Part shown: piece after piece, positions 17,917 through 27,662 of the stretch
Numbering within the stretch: position 1 is the stretch's first letter
Layout of the letters: every line of letters starts with the position of its first letter
Assembly (NCBI GenBank): GCA_001823925.1
Contig: MHWB01000011.1
Location: 25,471-89,470, forward strand
Origin: Candidatus Zambryskibacteria bacterium RIFCSPLOWO2_01_FULL_39_39
GTDB lineage: Bacteria; Patescibacteriota; Minisyncoccia; Phycocordibacterales; WO2-35-19
Reading direction: 5' to 3'
DNA: 64,000 nt
Translations under genes and position numbers: made by a program
Notes under the pieces: generated by a model
Told to the model about the DNA's origin: nothing
What the model saw: only the letters and a program-made list of their open reading frames with translations
Database searches by the model: none

Positions 17917-18306
17917 TTATAACATATACGAATTTTTATCTAAATACGACTGGAGGATAATGGCCGCCACCGAAGCATCGTGCATATCGTTTTCACCCTG
18001 AATGTGTTTTGCTTGAACAGAAGTCATAAATTCCGGTTCAAAATAAATTTTCAATTTTGTTTTTTCAGCGAGTTTATTTTTAAATTTTTCTATTTCTACC
18101 ATTATTTTGTTTGGCTCTCCTTTAAAATCTTTGGACTCCCCTATTATGATACTTCCAATATTTTCTTCCTTTATTATTTTAACAACTTCTGTCAAAAGAT
18201 TTTCATTATTTAAAATAACCGAGTGCGGAAAAGCTAGTCTATTTGTCTCGTCAGAGACCGCAAGCCCCACCCTCTTACCCCCAAAATCAATCCCTAAATA
18301 TTTCAT
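17917..18306 (-). CDS. ruvX: Holliday-junction resolvase-like RuvX/YqgF
   Basis: MKYLGIDFGGKRVGLAVSD N-terminus; 129 aa. Confidence 0.8.
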   Translation of the reverse strand: MKYLGIDFGGKRVGLAVSDETNRLAFPHSVILNNENLLTEVVKIIKEENIGSIIIGESKDFKGEPNKIMVEIEKFKNKLAEKTKLKIYFEPEFMTSVQAKHIQGENDMHDASVAAIILQSYLDKNSYML

Positions 18307-19523
18307 AATTTAAAACTAGCTATTTTTTTGGCAATCGCTTTTACCACCCTTTTATCAAAGATGCTTGGCAGTATCTTATTTTTATTTAGTTCACTGTTTT
18401 TCAAACAGCCAGAAAGTGTTTGGGCAACTGCGATTTTTATTTCATCTGTAATTACCTTAATCCTGTTATCCAAAACCCCTCTAAACAATCCCGGGAAAAC
18501 CAGCACATTGTTTATCTGATTGGGAAAATCGCTCCGACCAGTACCCACGATAAAGGCTCCTGCCTTTTTGGCTAGGTCGGGCATAATTTCTGGAATCGGG
18601 TTAGCCATTGCAAAAATGATAGGCTTCTCTTTCATTAACTTCACAAATTCTGGCTTAAATATATTTGGAGCACTCACACCAATAAAGACATCGGCACCCT
18701 TTAACGCTTCCACCAAACCGCCATCAATATTTTGAGGGTTGGTTATTTTCAATATTTTTTTCTTCACTTCGTTTAAATCGGTCCGGTTTTTGGATACAAT
18801 GTTTTTTGAATCAACTAAAATAATATTTTTGATCCCGTATTTAACAAGTAATCTGGTGACTGCTATCCCGGCCGCACCAACGCCACAAATCACCACCTTA
18901 ATATTTTCTTTTTGTTTTTTAACTAATTTCAAACTATTGATGAGAGCCGCCAAAACCACAATCGCCGTGCCGTGCTGATCATCATGAAAAATTGGAATGT
19001 TTAATTCTTTTATTAATCTTTCCTCTATTTCAAAACATCTGGGCGAGGAGATATCTTCCAAATTTATACCACCAAAAGTGGGCGCTATGGCTTTTATGGT
19101 TTTTATAATTTCTTCGGTATCTTGAGTGGCCAAAACTATAGGGTAAGCGTCTACACCCCCAAACTCCTTAAAAAGGAGAGCTTTGCCTTCCATAACTGGC
19201 AATGCCCCAAGAGGACCAATGTTGCCAAGTCCCAACACTGCCGAACCATCTGATATAACCGCGATAGTATTTCTTTTGATTGAATACTTAAGAGCTTTAG
19301 AGTGGTCTCCGGCCAAAAGCAAGGAGACCTCTGCCACACCGGGTGTATAGGCCACAGACAAATCGTCTCTATTTTTTAATTTTGGAAATTTACTTTTGAT
19401 TTCAATCTTACCTCCAAATTTCAAGTGTCTCCTCAATGATTCTTTTTTGTAGTCCATGGAGTTGTATTCTATCAAAATTAAAATTTTTCCGCCTTTACTT
19501 GAAAATATCTTTAAAATCTGCAA
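18303..19523 (-). CDS. NAD(P)-dependent malic enzyme
   Basis: VAYTPGVAEV; VICGVGAAGIA Rossmann motif; malic-enzyme core. Confidence 0.85.
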   Translation of the reverse strand: MQILKIFSSKGGKILILIEYNSMDYKKESLRRHLKFGGKIEIKSKFPKLKNRDDLSVAYTPGVAEVSLLLAGDHSKALKYSIKRNTIAVISDGSAVLGLGNIGPLGALPVMEGKALLFKEFGGVDAYPIVLATQDTEEIIKTIKAIAPTFGGINLEDISSPRCFEIEERLIKELNIPIFHDDQHGTAIVVLAALINSLKLVKKQKENIKVVICGVGAAGIAVTRLLVKYGIKNIILVDSKNIVSKNRTDLNEVKKKILKITNPQNIDGGLVEALKGADVFIGVSAPNIFKPEFVKLMKEKPIIFAMANPIPEIMPDLAKKAGAFIVGTGRSDFPNQINNVLVFPGLFRGVLDNRIKVITDEIKIAVAQTLSGCLKNSELNKNKILPSIFDKRVVKAIAKKIASFKL

Positions 19524-19540
19524 TTATCTTAAAAGACCAT

Positions 19541-19622
19541 GGAGGGTTGGCAGAATGGTAATGCACCGCTCTTGAAAAGCGGCGGGCGCAAGCCCTTGGA
19601 GGTTCGAGCCCTCCACCCTCCG
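19541..19622 (+). tRNA. tRNA-Ser (anticodon TGA) with a long variable arm
   Basis: Manual cloverleaf: acceptor ggagggt/accctcc, anticodon loop cttgaaa, variable hairpin gggcgcaagccc. Confidence 0.75.
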
Positions 19623-19706
19623 CAAAATAAGGAGCTTATTTGTAAGCGACTATATTTTGCGAGAGTCCTGAGTGAAGCGAAGGGCTAACGCTAAAAATTT
19701 AAAATT

Positions 19707-20078
19707 ATGATCACCATAGACGATTTTAAAAAAGTAGAAATAAGGGCAGGTAAAATAATTTCCGCAGAGAGAGTAGAAGGTTCGGAAAAGTTATTAAAAC
19801 TTTCGGTTGATTTTGGGTCCGCCCCACCAGAAGATGGCCCGCCTTCGCTAGAAAACACAGGCTCCGGCGTGATAAAACAGGTTATTTCGGGTATTGCCAA
19901 ATTTATTTCTCCAGAAGAACTGACTGGCACCATTTGTGCCTTTGTCACAAATTTGGAACCAAGAGAAATAATGGGTCTTGAAAGTCAGGCTATGATTATG
20001 GCTATATCATCTGGCGACAAATTTTTCTCCTTACTCAAAATATCCCAAAATGTCCCCCTCGGGAGTATTGTCAAATAA
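19707..20078 (+). CDS. tRNA-binding protein (CsaA / EMAP-like domain)
   Basis: VISGIAKFISPEEL motif of the tRNA-binding domain. Confidence 0.55.
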   Translation: MITIDDFKKVEIRAGKIISAERVEGSEKLLKLSVDFGSAPPEDGPPSLENTGSGVIKQVISGIAKFISPEELTGTICAFVTNLEPREIMGLESQAMIMAISSGDKFFSLLKISQNVPLGSIVK

Positions 20079-20101
20079 TTTCTTGTGATAAAATGTAGTG
20101 G

Positions 20102-20575
20102 ATGGAAGAAGAAACTATTTTAGAATGGCTCAGTCCAGAGCATCATTTTGATAAAAAAACCAATGATTGGTATTGGATTTTGGGTGTCACAGTTTTGGGT
20201 GCCGCCACTTTAGCTTTTTATTTTGATGATTTTTTGTTTGGCATATTTATCATAATTGCCGGACTAACGGTAGGCATGCTTTCATACAGAGAAACCAAGG
20301 TGGTGACTATAAAAATTTCCACCAGAGGTATAATTTTTGGCAAATTCCTTTATCCATGGTTATCTTTCCGATCTTTTTGGATTGAAGACGAACATACTCA
20401 TGGTGCCCGTATTTTGATGCATCCAACAAACTCCTACCTACCCCTAACCGTTATCCCAATAAACGAAGATCTTGATTTAAATGACGTCCGCGAAGTCCTT
20501 CTGGAATTTCTAGCAGAAGAATTCCTAAAGGAGTCTTTGGTCCATAAATGGTTTGATAAGCTTCTAGCGAGGTAA
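20102..20575 (+). CDS. Hypothetical membrane protein
   Basis: 157 aa; two TM helices. Confidence 0.4.
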   Translation: MEEETILEWLSPEHHFDKKTNDWYWILGVTVLGAATLAFYFDDFLFGIFIIIAGLTVGMLSYRETKVVTIKISTRGIIFGKFLYPWLSFRSFWIEDEHTHGARILMHPTNSYLPLTVIPINEDLDLNDVREVLLEFLAEEFLKESLVHKWFDKLLAR

Positions 20576-20624
20576 AGGTGGATTGTCTTTAAATATTTTT
20601 TTGAATGAAGAGCGGTTTCGTTTT

Positions 20625-20864
20625 TCACGAAACCGCCTTAAGTTGAGCTTGCTTTTCTTTTTCTCGTACTCTATCAGCTGGTCTGCACCTAAAACAGGGT
20701 ACAATGGCTCTTCCAAATATCCAATCAATTCTCCAAAGTAAGCCCATGCCTTTACACATTTCACACTTCGGATCTCCTTGGTCAAGTAATCTTTTCGCCC
20801 ACCAAGGCAATATTACTTCAGCTCGTTCCATCGGTAAATCCCCCTCAATCCTTATTGGCTTCAC
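20625..20864 (-). CDS. Hypothetical Cys-rich (zinc-ribbon-like) protein; may be a frameshifted continuation of the 20845-21054 ORF
   Basis: CEMCKG...CFRCR; overlaps the upstream ORF by 20 nt in another frame; a competing + strand ORF exists. Confidence 0.25.
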   Translation of the reverse strand: MKPIRIEGDLPMERAEVILPWWAKRLLDQGDPKCEMCKGMGLLWRIDWIFGRAIVPCFRCRPADRVREKEKQAQLKAVS

Positions 20865-21054
20865 GCTTGGAAATCCGCCTCACCCCAGAGATTCGGACTT
20901 CATAGCTTCTGGTTTTGTTGTTGTTCGGACCGCTCACAAGGAACTTCCCCGTCTTGTTCACGCGAACAAAAATACTGTGCTCCGTCGACCCTTCCAATTG
21001 CAAGAAAACGCTGTCTCCAGGATAGAGATCAATGTGGGTGATTTTAATTGACAC
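20845..21054 (-). CDS. Hypothetical protein; possibly the N-terminal part of a frameshifted gene
   Basis: 69 aa; the region is GC-richer than the flanks. Confidence 0.2.
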   Translation of the reverse strand: MSIKITHIDLYPGDSVFLQLEGSTEHSIFVRVNKTGKFLVSGPNNNKTRSYEVRISGVRRISKREANKD

Positions 21055-21178
21055 TGGAACCTCTTTCTAGTCCGTATAGATAAAAGCATACTTATACCTT
21101 GTCGTCAATCAAAATTTCGGCTAAGAATACTGGGTGGCATAAAGGCCACTTTTTTGTTAATGTGTGTCTGTCTTAAAT

Positions 21179-21250
21179 GCTCTCATCGTTCAATGGATAG
21201 GACATGACTTTGCGGAAGTTAAAATGTAGGTTCGATTCCTACTGGGAGCA
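21179..21250 (+). tRNA. tRNA, probably Arg (anticodon read as GCG); the anticodon assignment is uncertain
   Basis: Manual cloverleaf: acceptor gctctca/tgggagc (one G-U), T-loop ttcgatt, anticodon loop ttgcgga. Confidence 0.55.
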
Positions 21251-21330
21251 CATCGGTGTACATAATGCATGTCGTTCCATGTTCCGTTTGGTGCGATATA
21301 AGACAATGAAGGTTCTAACGCCCTCGATTT

Positions 21331-21609
21331 TCATTTAAACAATTCGGAATGGCTACCGATGTTGATTAGGAGTAGAGTTCTATTTTCTTCGTCCATTTGA
21401 TACAAAAGAAGCAAATCTGATTCCATATGGCATTCCCTTACACCCTGAAGTCTTCCTTTTAATTCATGATCTTTGTGTTTTGATTCCAATTTTCCTCCTA
21501 TTGCCAAAATTCTGACAATACTTTCAATATTTTCTCTTTCAATTCTTCCGGAACGCAAATATTTTCTAGTAGACTTTCTAAATTTTTTGCTTTCTTTGAT
21601 AATATACAT
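21331..21609 (-). CDS. Type II toxin, YafQ/RelE family mRNA interferase
   Basis: DHELKGRLQGVRECHMESDLLLLY resembles YafQ. Confidence 0.6.
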   Translation of the reverse strand: MYIIKESKKFRKSTRKYLRSGRIERENIESIVRILAIGGKLESKHKDHELKGRLQGVRECHMESDLLLLYQMDEENRTLLLINIGSHSELFK

Positions 21610-21620
21610 TGACCCGTACT

Positions 21621-21893
21621 TTAATCTTCAAGTATACCATCAAAAAGATTTTTAACATTTTTATGCCCTTTGCTGTTTTTATTAGCACTCGCAATCTGTC
21701 TCTTTATCCACCTTTCCTGTTCCGGAGTCATCGCGTAATGCATCTTTGGTTCAAAGGGAATGGACTTAGTATTAACTACCTGACACAAAAACATTTTTAC
21801 TCCAGAAGAAATATCCAAACCCATATTTTTAAGGGTTTTCCCGGCATTTTCTTTAAGCTTTTTGTCTATTCTTATGTTTAATGTTGAGTTCAT
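21621..21893 (-). CDS. DinJ/RelB-like antitoxin
   Basis: 90 aa; upstream partner of the YafQ-like toxin. Confidence 0.55.
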   Translation of the reverse strand: MNSTLNIRIDKKLKENAGKTLKNMGLDISSGVKMFLCQVVNTKSIPFEPKMHYAMTPEQERWIKRQIASANKNSKGHKNVKNLFDGILED

Positions 21894-21964
21894 ATATTAT
21901 TATGACTGTTATTTTTAATGAATATTACAAAGTATACACGATGTAATTACGTTGTCAAACACTA

Positions 21965-22441
21965 TCAAAACCAGGTCTTATTTTTGTAATCCCGGTATTC
22001 TTCCCCTAATTTTTCCGATAAATAGGAGTCCTCAAGATACATTCTGCGGAAAAAATAAATAATAATCACCAGAGAAATACCTGCAAACCAAATTTGGGAA
22101 TATAAAATAGATAGACCAGCTAAAGTCATATTTATTCCCAAATATAAGGGGTGACGGATTTTTGAATATATACCACGGGTTACAAGTTGTTTTATTGTGG
22201 GTTTTCCATACCCAGCATCCCAATTTTCGGCAAGTGTTAATCTTGCAAACCACCACACTAAAAGACCAACGATATTAATGATTAGTCCGATAATTTTCAA
22301 AAAATCATAATTAATGAGCGTAATCCAAAAATAAATTGAAAAGATCGTTAGTATTGAGGGAACTAAATACTTTAATTTATATTTTTTGAGGAAACGAGTA
22401 TATAGCTTTTCTTCTGTATTCATAGTTAAATTATACACCAA
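21965..22441 (-). CDS. Isoprenylcysteine carboxyl methyltransferase (ICMT)-family membrane methyltransferase
   Basis: RHPLYLG motif; multi-TM. Confidence 0.65.
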   Translation of the reverse strand: MVYNLTMNTEEKLYTRFLKKYKLKYLVPSILTIFSIYFWITLINYDFLKIIGLIINIVGLLVWWFARLTLAENWDAGYGKPTIKQLVTRGIYSKIRHPLYLGINMTLAGLSILYSQIWFAGISLVIIIYFFRRMYLEDSYLSEKLGEEYRDYKNKTWF

Positions 22442-22802
22442 AATGAGGGTTCTATTGGAATTGGTATTTTCCTTATTTAGGGGATATTCTACTAACAGAG
22501 AGGATTCTGATGACTCTCAACCACTACCAAGCATTAACGATTCCAAAGGAAGAACAAACGTCTGGTATTAACAAAGAGGTTCTAACGTCATACAATAAAC
22601 GGCACATGATAAAAAAGTATGAACTGCTTCATACTTTTTGATACATGTGCTGGCCGCAGTCATATTTTTGTAGCAACAAAAATAGACGAGGCGGGGTCGA
22701 GAAAATTTTGTTTTGACGAAAACAAAATTATTCGTGACCACAAGATTAATTCTTGGTTTTTACCTAAACTTACAAAAAATAAGAAAAAATTATTCCCAAA
22801 AT

Positions 22803-22825
22803 AAAACCCCTTCTTGGGGTTTTAT
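22803..22825. terminator. Intrinsic terminator hairpin aaaacccc-ttctt-ggggtttt downstream of rpsT
   Basis: Perfect stem plus a T-run on both strands. Confidence 0.6.
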
Positions 22826-22826
22826 T

Positions 22827-23084
22827 TTATCTAAAAATTATTTTCATTAGGCGAGATTTTTTGCGAGAAGCGGTGTTCTTTTTGATAAGTCCTGTTTTCT
22901 TTGCTTTGTCTATCGCTTTTTGAAGTTTGGGAATGAGTTTTTTAGCTTCTTCTGATTTTTTAGCTAAAATTAGTTTTTTGTATTCTTTAACTACATTTTG
23001 CATCTCATTTTTTCGGCGTAAATTAAAAACTCTCTTCTTTTTAGAAGATCTGAGAGCTTTTTTAGCTGATTGTGTTATTGGCAT
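22827..23084 (-). CDS. rpsT: 30S ribosomal protein S20
   Basis: 85 aa; basic, Lys/Ala-rich; S20 pattern. Confidence 0.8.
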   Translation of the reverse strand: MPITQSAKKALRSSKKKRVFNLRRKNEMQNVVKEYKKLILAKKSEEAKKLIPKLQKAIDKAKKTGLIKKNTASRKKSRLMKIIFR

Positions 23085-23169
23085 AGTGGAAATAAATTAG
23101 CATAAATAAGAATATTATGCAAATTCCAAATCTCAGCCCACTACTATATACTTAGCTACAATTACTATT

Positions 23170-23736
23170 ATGTTTGGCCATCTTACAGGTAAAATATTTG
23201 ATTTGAAAGGCACAAAAGCTATCGTAAAGGTGGGGGGTATCGGTTTTGTCATACACAGCACGCCTTCATATTTAACGAAATTAAAGACTAATGTGGATGC
23301 AAATTTTTGGGTACATACCGCCGTAAGAGAAAATTCTATAGATCTTTATGGATTTGAAACCGAAGAAGAACTCCATATTTTTGAACTTTTAATTTCAGTC
23401 TCTGGAGTGGGGCCAAAGTCGGGACTGGCAATTTTGGGTATTGCTGGAGTGAAATCTATCACCTATGCGGTTGGAACAGGAGACACTTCATCTCTCACCA
23501 AAATATCCGGCATCGGCAGAAAGACTGCCGAGAAAATTGTTTTAGAATTAAACGGCAAATTAGTAACAACTCGAAAAGGAGAAAATAGGACAAGTGAAGA
23601 TGTAGATGTTTTTGAGGCCCTCAAGTCACTCGGTTATAGAGATCGAGATATCCAAGAAACAATAAGAAACTTACCAAAAAATTTGGTGGGGGTAAATGAT
23701 AAAATAAAATACGCCCTTAAAAACTTAGGAAAATGA
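23170..23736 (+). CDS. ruvA: Holliday-junction helicase subunit RuvA
   Basis: MFGHLTGKI N-terminus; HhH motifs GVGPKSGLAILG / ISGIGRKTAEKI. Confidence 0.85.
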   Translation: MFGHLTGKIFDLKGTKAIVKVGGIGFVIHSTPSYLTKLKTNVDANFWVHTAVRENSIDLYGFETEEELHIFELLISVSGVGPKSGLAILGIAGVKSITYAVGTGDTSSLTKISGIGRKTAEKIVLELNGKLVTTRKGENRTSEDVDVFEALKSLGYRDRDIQETIRNLPKNLVGVNDKIKYALKNLGK

Positions 23737-25013
23737 TTAGTTTAATAAAAAAAATTATTCCAAAACCTATATTTGCATTTTTTCAACCTATCTATCATTT
23801 CATATTAGCCTTACTTGGAGCCATCCTTTACCGCTTCCCCACCAGAAAGTTATCGGTGGTGGCTGTAACAGGCACCAAGGGCAAATCGACTACCACCGAG
23901 TTGGTAAGTGCAATTTTGGAAACAGCAGGATATAAAACGGCTCTCCAAAATACTTTGCGTTTTAAAATAGGAGATAAGGAAAAAAGAAATTTATTCAAAA
24001 TGAGTATGCCTGGCAGATTTTTTATGCAAAAATTTTTACGAGACGCGGTGGATGCGGGGTGTAGCCACGTCGTGCTTGAAATAACAAGTGAGGGCGCTAA
24101 GCAGTTTCGCCATAAGTTTATTTATCCCGATGCCCTAATCTTTACCAACTTGGCGCCAGAGCATATTGAGTCACACGGATCATTTAATAATTATTTGAAA
24201 GCCAAACTTTCTATTGCTGAAGAGTTGGAAAACAGAGAAGGTGCGGTGATGATTGCAAATATAGACGACAAGGAGGCGGAAAAGTTTTTGGCACTCAATA
24301 TAAAAAACAAAATCCCCTATTCTTTAAACGACGCCATAGCAGTAAAAGCCAGCGAGAAAGGTTCTTCTTTTCAAATAGGAAAATTGGTTATTCATAGTAA
24401 ATTGCCGGGTATTTTCAATATCAGCAATATGCTTGGAGCCATAGCTTATGCCAAATTTGCAGGAATTAGAGAGGAGGACATAAAAAACGGGCTGGAGCAA
24501 ATAAATTTTATCAGAGGCCGGATGGAAAAAATAGAAAATGAGTGTGGATTTGAAATGGTTGTTGATTATGCCCACACACCAGATTCTTTAAAAGCTGTCT
24601 ACGAAACATATAACAGTCACAAAAAAATATGCATCCTTGGCAACACCGGCGGAGGCAGGGATAGATGGAAAAGAGGGGAGATGGGTAAAATCGCTGATAA
24701 ATATTGTGATCAAATAATTTTAACCAACGAAGACCCTTATGACGAAGATCCTCGAACTATTTTGGAAGAAATAAAAAAAGGGGTAACCAAAAAACCTTGC
24801 CAAATAATTATGGACAGAAGAGAAGCTATCTCAAGCGCAATTAAAGACGCCAAAAATCTGGTAGAGACCCAAGGCAATAAATATAAAATCGCAGTACTTC
24901 TAACCGGCAAAGGCACCGACCCATATATAATGGAAGCCGGAGGCAAAAAGACTCCTTGGGATGATGCGACGGTTGTCAGAGAAGAATTAGAAAAAATAAT
25001 GTTGTCAAGTTGA
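23733..25013 (+). CDS. Mur ligase family protein (MurE/MurT-like, with an N-terminal TM)
   Basis: VAVTGTKGKSTTT P-loop; DYAHTPDSL; GGGRDRWKR. Confidence 0.55.
   Translation: MISLIKKIIPKPIFAFFQPIYHFILALLGAILYRFPTRKLSVVAVTGTKGKSTTTELVSAILETAGYKTALQNTLRFKIGDKEKRNLFKMSMPGRFFMQKFLRDAVDAGCSHVVLEITSEGAKQFRHKFIYPDALIFTNLAPEHIESHGSFNNYLKAKLSIAEELENREGAVMIANIDDKEAEKFLALNIKNKIPYSLNDAIAVKASEKGSSFQIGKLVIHSKLPGIFNISNMLGAIAYAKFAGIREEDIKNGLEQINFIRGRMEKIENECGFEMVVDYAHTPDSLKAVYETYNSHKKICILGNTGGGRDRWKRGEMGKIADKYCDQIILTNEDPYDEDPRTILEEIKKGVTKKPCQIIMDRREAISSAIKDAKNLVETQGNKYKIAVLLTGKGTDPYIMEAGGKKTPWDDATVVREELEKIMLSS
25001..25013. promoter_or_regulatory. Perfect palindrome tgtcaa-g-ttgaca carrying a TTGACA -35-like hexamer, just upstream of the antitoxin gene; candidate TA operator/promoter
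   Basis: Read directly. Confidence 0.3.
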
Positions 25014-25300
25014 CAGGTGTAGCACTTTTGATACACTTAATTTGTTACCAACTTAAACTAATAAATAATATGCCTACCCTAAAACAACGAATAAGCATCA
25101 CTGTAAATACAGATACTGGATTAGCCCTCAAAAAACTTGCAAAAATGCACAAAATGCCAGTTGCCACAAAAGCGGGAGAACTCTTAGAACAAGCCTTGGA
25201 ATTGGAAGAGGATTTAATTTGGGCTGAGATAGCAGACCAAAGATCTCGCGAAAAAGCAAAGTACCTCTCACATGAAATTGTATGGAAAAGTGTAAAATAA
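25010..25300 (+). CDS. Ribbon-helix-helix antitoxin (ParD/RelB-like)
   Basis: 96 aa; overlaps the downstream RelE-like toxin. Confidence 0.5.
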   Translation: MTGVALLIHLICYQLKLINNMPTLKQRISITVNTDTGLALKKLAKMHKMPVATKAGELLEQALELEEDLIWAEIADQRSREKAKYLSHEIVWKSVK

Positions 25301-25566
25301 CTTACCATCCTAAAGTTTTTAAAATAGATATCCCCAGATTAAAGTATTTAGCAAAAAAAATTTTGCCAATTATTTACAAAAAACTTTCATTTTATCCAGA
25401 AACTTACGGATTACCACTGCGCTCCCCCCTTAAAGGATACTGGAAATTAAGAATCGGAGATTATAGGATTATATATAAAATCGTTGATAATGAAATAAGA
25501 ATTCAAGTGATAGGCCATCGAAGAGAAGTTTACGAAATAGTAAAAAGAAGATTGGGTTTAATTTAA
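25282..25566 (+). CDS. Type II toxin, RelE/ParE family
   Basis: GDYRIIYKIVDNEIRIQVIGHRREVYE is the classic RelE C-terminus. Confidence 0.7.
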   Translation: MEKCKITYHPKVFKIDIPRLKYLAKKILPIIYKKLSFYPETYGLPLRSPLKGYWKLRIGDYRIIYKIVDNEIRIQVIGHRREVYEIVKRRLGLI

Positions 25567-25570
25567 AGAA

Positions 25571-26515
25571 ATGCCAGAATTACCTGAAGTACATACAACA
25601 GTTGAGGGATTAAAGAAGGTGTTGATAGGAAAAACCATAAAAACAGTGTGGTCGGATTATTATGTGGCGACGGCGCACGGAGAAAGACAAACGATAAAAA
25701 ACAAAAAATATTTTGAAGCTTTCAAAAAGAAAGTTACTGGTTCAAAAATAATAGGGTTGGAAAGAAGGGGTAAAAATATACTTATACACTTAAGTAATAA
25801 ATATACTTTTATCATTCATATGAAAATGACGGGACATTTAATGTATGGAAAATACAGGAAAGCAGCTAGAAGCAAGAATCTAGAATCTAGAAAAGAAATT
25901 TGGAAAGCAGAAGAAAAAGGTCCACTACAAGATCCATACAATAGATTTTTACATTTTGTTTGCTCTCTTTCAGATGGTAAACATCTAGTCCTTTCGGATA
26001 CAAGAAAATTTGCTTCTATCACAATTACGGAGACAAAAAACTTACACCTTCATGAGAGTATAAGAAATTTGGGACATGAACCTCTAGACCCAAAATTTAA
26101 ATTAGAAAAATTATTAGAAATAATAAAGGCAAGAAAAAGTATGCCTATAAAATCCGCCCTCTTGGACCAGAGTGGTATAGCCGGTATAGGAAATATTTAT
26201 TCCGATGAAATACTTTGGAAAGTAGGTGTCCACCCCCTATCAAAATCTTCAAATATTCCAAATAAAAAAATAAGAGAGACTTATGATTTTATGAGAAAGA
26301 TCCTTAAGTTCTCCATAAACAAAGGTGGAGATTCAAAATCTGATTATAGAAACGCTCTTGGAGAAAAGGGTAGTTTCCAAAATTTTCATAAAGTTTACGG
26401 TAAAAAAGGAGGAAAATGTCCAAAAAAACATTGCTCGGGTATAATAGAGAGGATCGTAGTAAGGGGCCGAAGCGCCCACTTTTGCCCCAAACACCAAATA
26501 AAATATGGATACTAA
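25571..26515 (+). CDS. fpg: Formamidopyrimidine-DNA glycosylase (Fpg/Nei family)
   Basis: MPELPEV N-terminus; C-terminal zinc finger CPKKHCSG...CPKHQ. Confidence 0.85.
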   Translation: MPELPEVHTTVEGLKKVLIGKTIKTVWSDYYVATAHGERQTIKNKKYFEAFKKKVTGSKIIGLERRGKNILIHLSNKYTFIIHMKMTGHLMYGKYRKAARSKNLESRKEIWKAEEKGPLQDPYNRFLHFVCSLSDGKHLVLSDTRKFASITITETKNLHLHESIRNLGHEPLDPKFKLEKLLEIIKARKSMPIKSALLDQSGIAGIGNIYSDEILWKVGVHPLSKSSNIPNKKIRETYDFMRKILKFSINKGGDSKSDYRNALGEKGSFQNFHKVYGKKGGKCPKKHCSGIIERIVVRGRSAHFCPKHQIKYGY

Positions 26516-27437
26516 AGAACCATTTCTTATATTGTTAGTCTTGTTTATCTTGGTTGGTCTTGCTTATAGCCCATTTAAAGAGGCTAACCAAAACAAAAAC
26601 AGTAACGGCAACCCATCTTCTTCGGTCGGAGTAACTAGTGGAAATCTGGGAAATTCGAGCAATAAAGAAATAGCCGAAAATATAAGAGACGCAGAAGAAA
26701 ATATAAAAAGATTGGAAGAAAATTTAAATAAAAAAATAGATGAAAAAAATCGCTCCCCTTATTACGGCAAAATCAGAATGTCCAACATATCCGGACTTTA
26801 TGGAGATGATCCAAGTCAAGAATACACCTATCTCTCTACCAATCTTTCAAAAAACGAAACCATAAAAATAACCGACTGGTATTTGAAAAGCGAGATCACC
26901 GGCTATTACGCCACCATCGGTAAAGCATCCCTACTCCCCTTCCCATTTGCCAAAACAGAAAGTGATGTGGTCTTGCAACAAATGGATAGGGTAGTTTTGA
27001 CTAAAGGTTTTTCCCCAATTGGCATCTCTTTCCGCACCAATAAATGCACCGGCTATTTTGAAGAAAACAGGACTTTCGTCCCAAGTCTTTCTCTACAGTG
27101 CCCAGAGCCGAGAGACGAAAAGTTGCCCGTCTTTTCTGGTGTTTATGACAGAAACGACGAGTGTCTAGATATAATAGAAAGGATACCGCGTTGTACCACC
27201 AAAGGAAGTCAATTTATAAGGGATTTGCCAGATACTGTGCCATCGTCTTGTAAAACTTATCTGACTACCCAAATAAATTACAACACCTGTGTAGCTATAC
27301 ACTTTGGCGATACCGATTTCCCGAGCGACGAATACCGTATTTATTTAAATAAATTTGGCCCTTTGTGGCGTAAAAAACAAGATAAAATAAATCTCCATGA
27401 CGAAAATGGTTTGGTTGTAGACTCAATTAGTTATTAA
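26505..27437 (+). CDS. Hypothetical secreted/membrane protein with a coiled coil and a Cys-rich C-terminus
   Basis: N-terminal TM; no recognised domain. Confidence 0.4.
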   Translation: MDTKEPFLILLVLFILVGLAYSPFKEANQNKNSNGNPSSSVGVTSGNLGNSSNKEIAENIRDAEENIKRLEENLNKKIDEKNRSPYYGKIRMSNISGLYGDDPSQEYTYLSTNLSKNETIKITDWYLKSEITGYYATIGKASLLPFPFAKTESDVVLQQMDRVVLTKGFSPIGISFRTNKCTGYFEENRTFVPSLSLQCPEPRDEKLPVFSGVYDRNDECLDIIERIPRCTTKGSQFIRDLPDTVPSSCKTYLTTQINYNTCVAIHFGDTDFPSDEYRIYLNKFGPLWRKKQDKINLHDENGLVVDSISY

Positions 27438-27483
27438 AATAAATCCCAAAATATATTAAAACGGCTTATTATAAACAAAATAC

Positions 27484-27510
27484 CCCGATCCGCAATTAAG
27501 CGAACCGGGG
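27484..27510. other. GC hairpin ccccg...cgggg directly 3' of TR2 (minus sense)
   Basis: Read directly. Confidence 0.45.
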
Positions 27511-27550
27511 CAAGAGACAAGGTATCAGAGAGACACAGCGTCTGTGTTTC

Positions 27551-27662
27551 GAAAGAAGAAGCGATTCTCGGTATTCCACTCATAGTCGTTGTCGAGGCGG
27601 TTCACGTTCACGTTCCACTGCCTGTCGTTGCGGTTCGCGTTGACAACCGAGACACTTTGTAC
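27551..27662 (-). repeat. DGR template repeat TR2 (unrelated in sequence to TR1)
   Basis: ~112 bp, homologous to 27915-28027. Every mismatch is T on + here (A in the minus sense). In-frame translation is Asn-rich: VVNANRNDRQWNVNVNRLDNDYEWNTENRFFFRN. Confidence 0.8.

Noticed and set aside
21300-22585. Shared 11-mer aggttctaacg at ~21303 and ~22574
   Set aside because: A single short match, likely chance, with no further flanking similarity.
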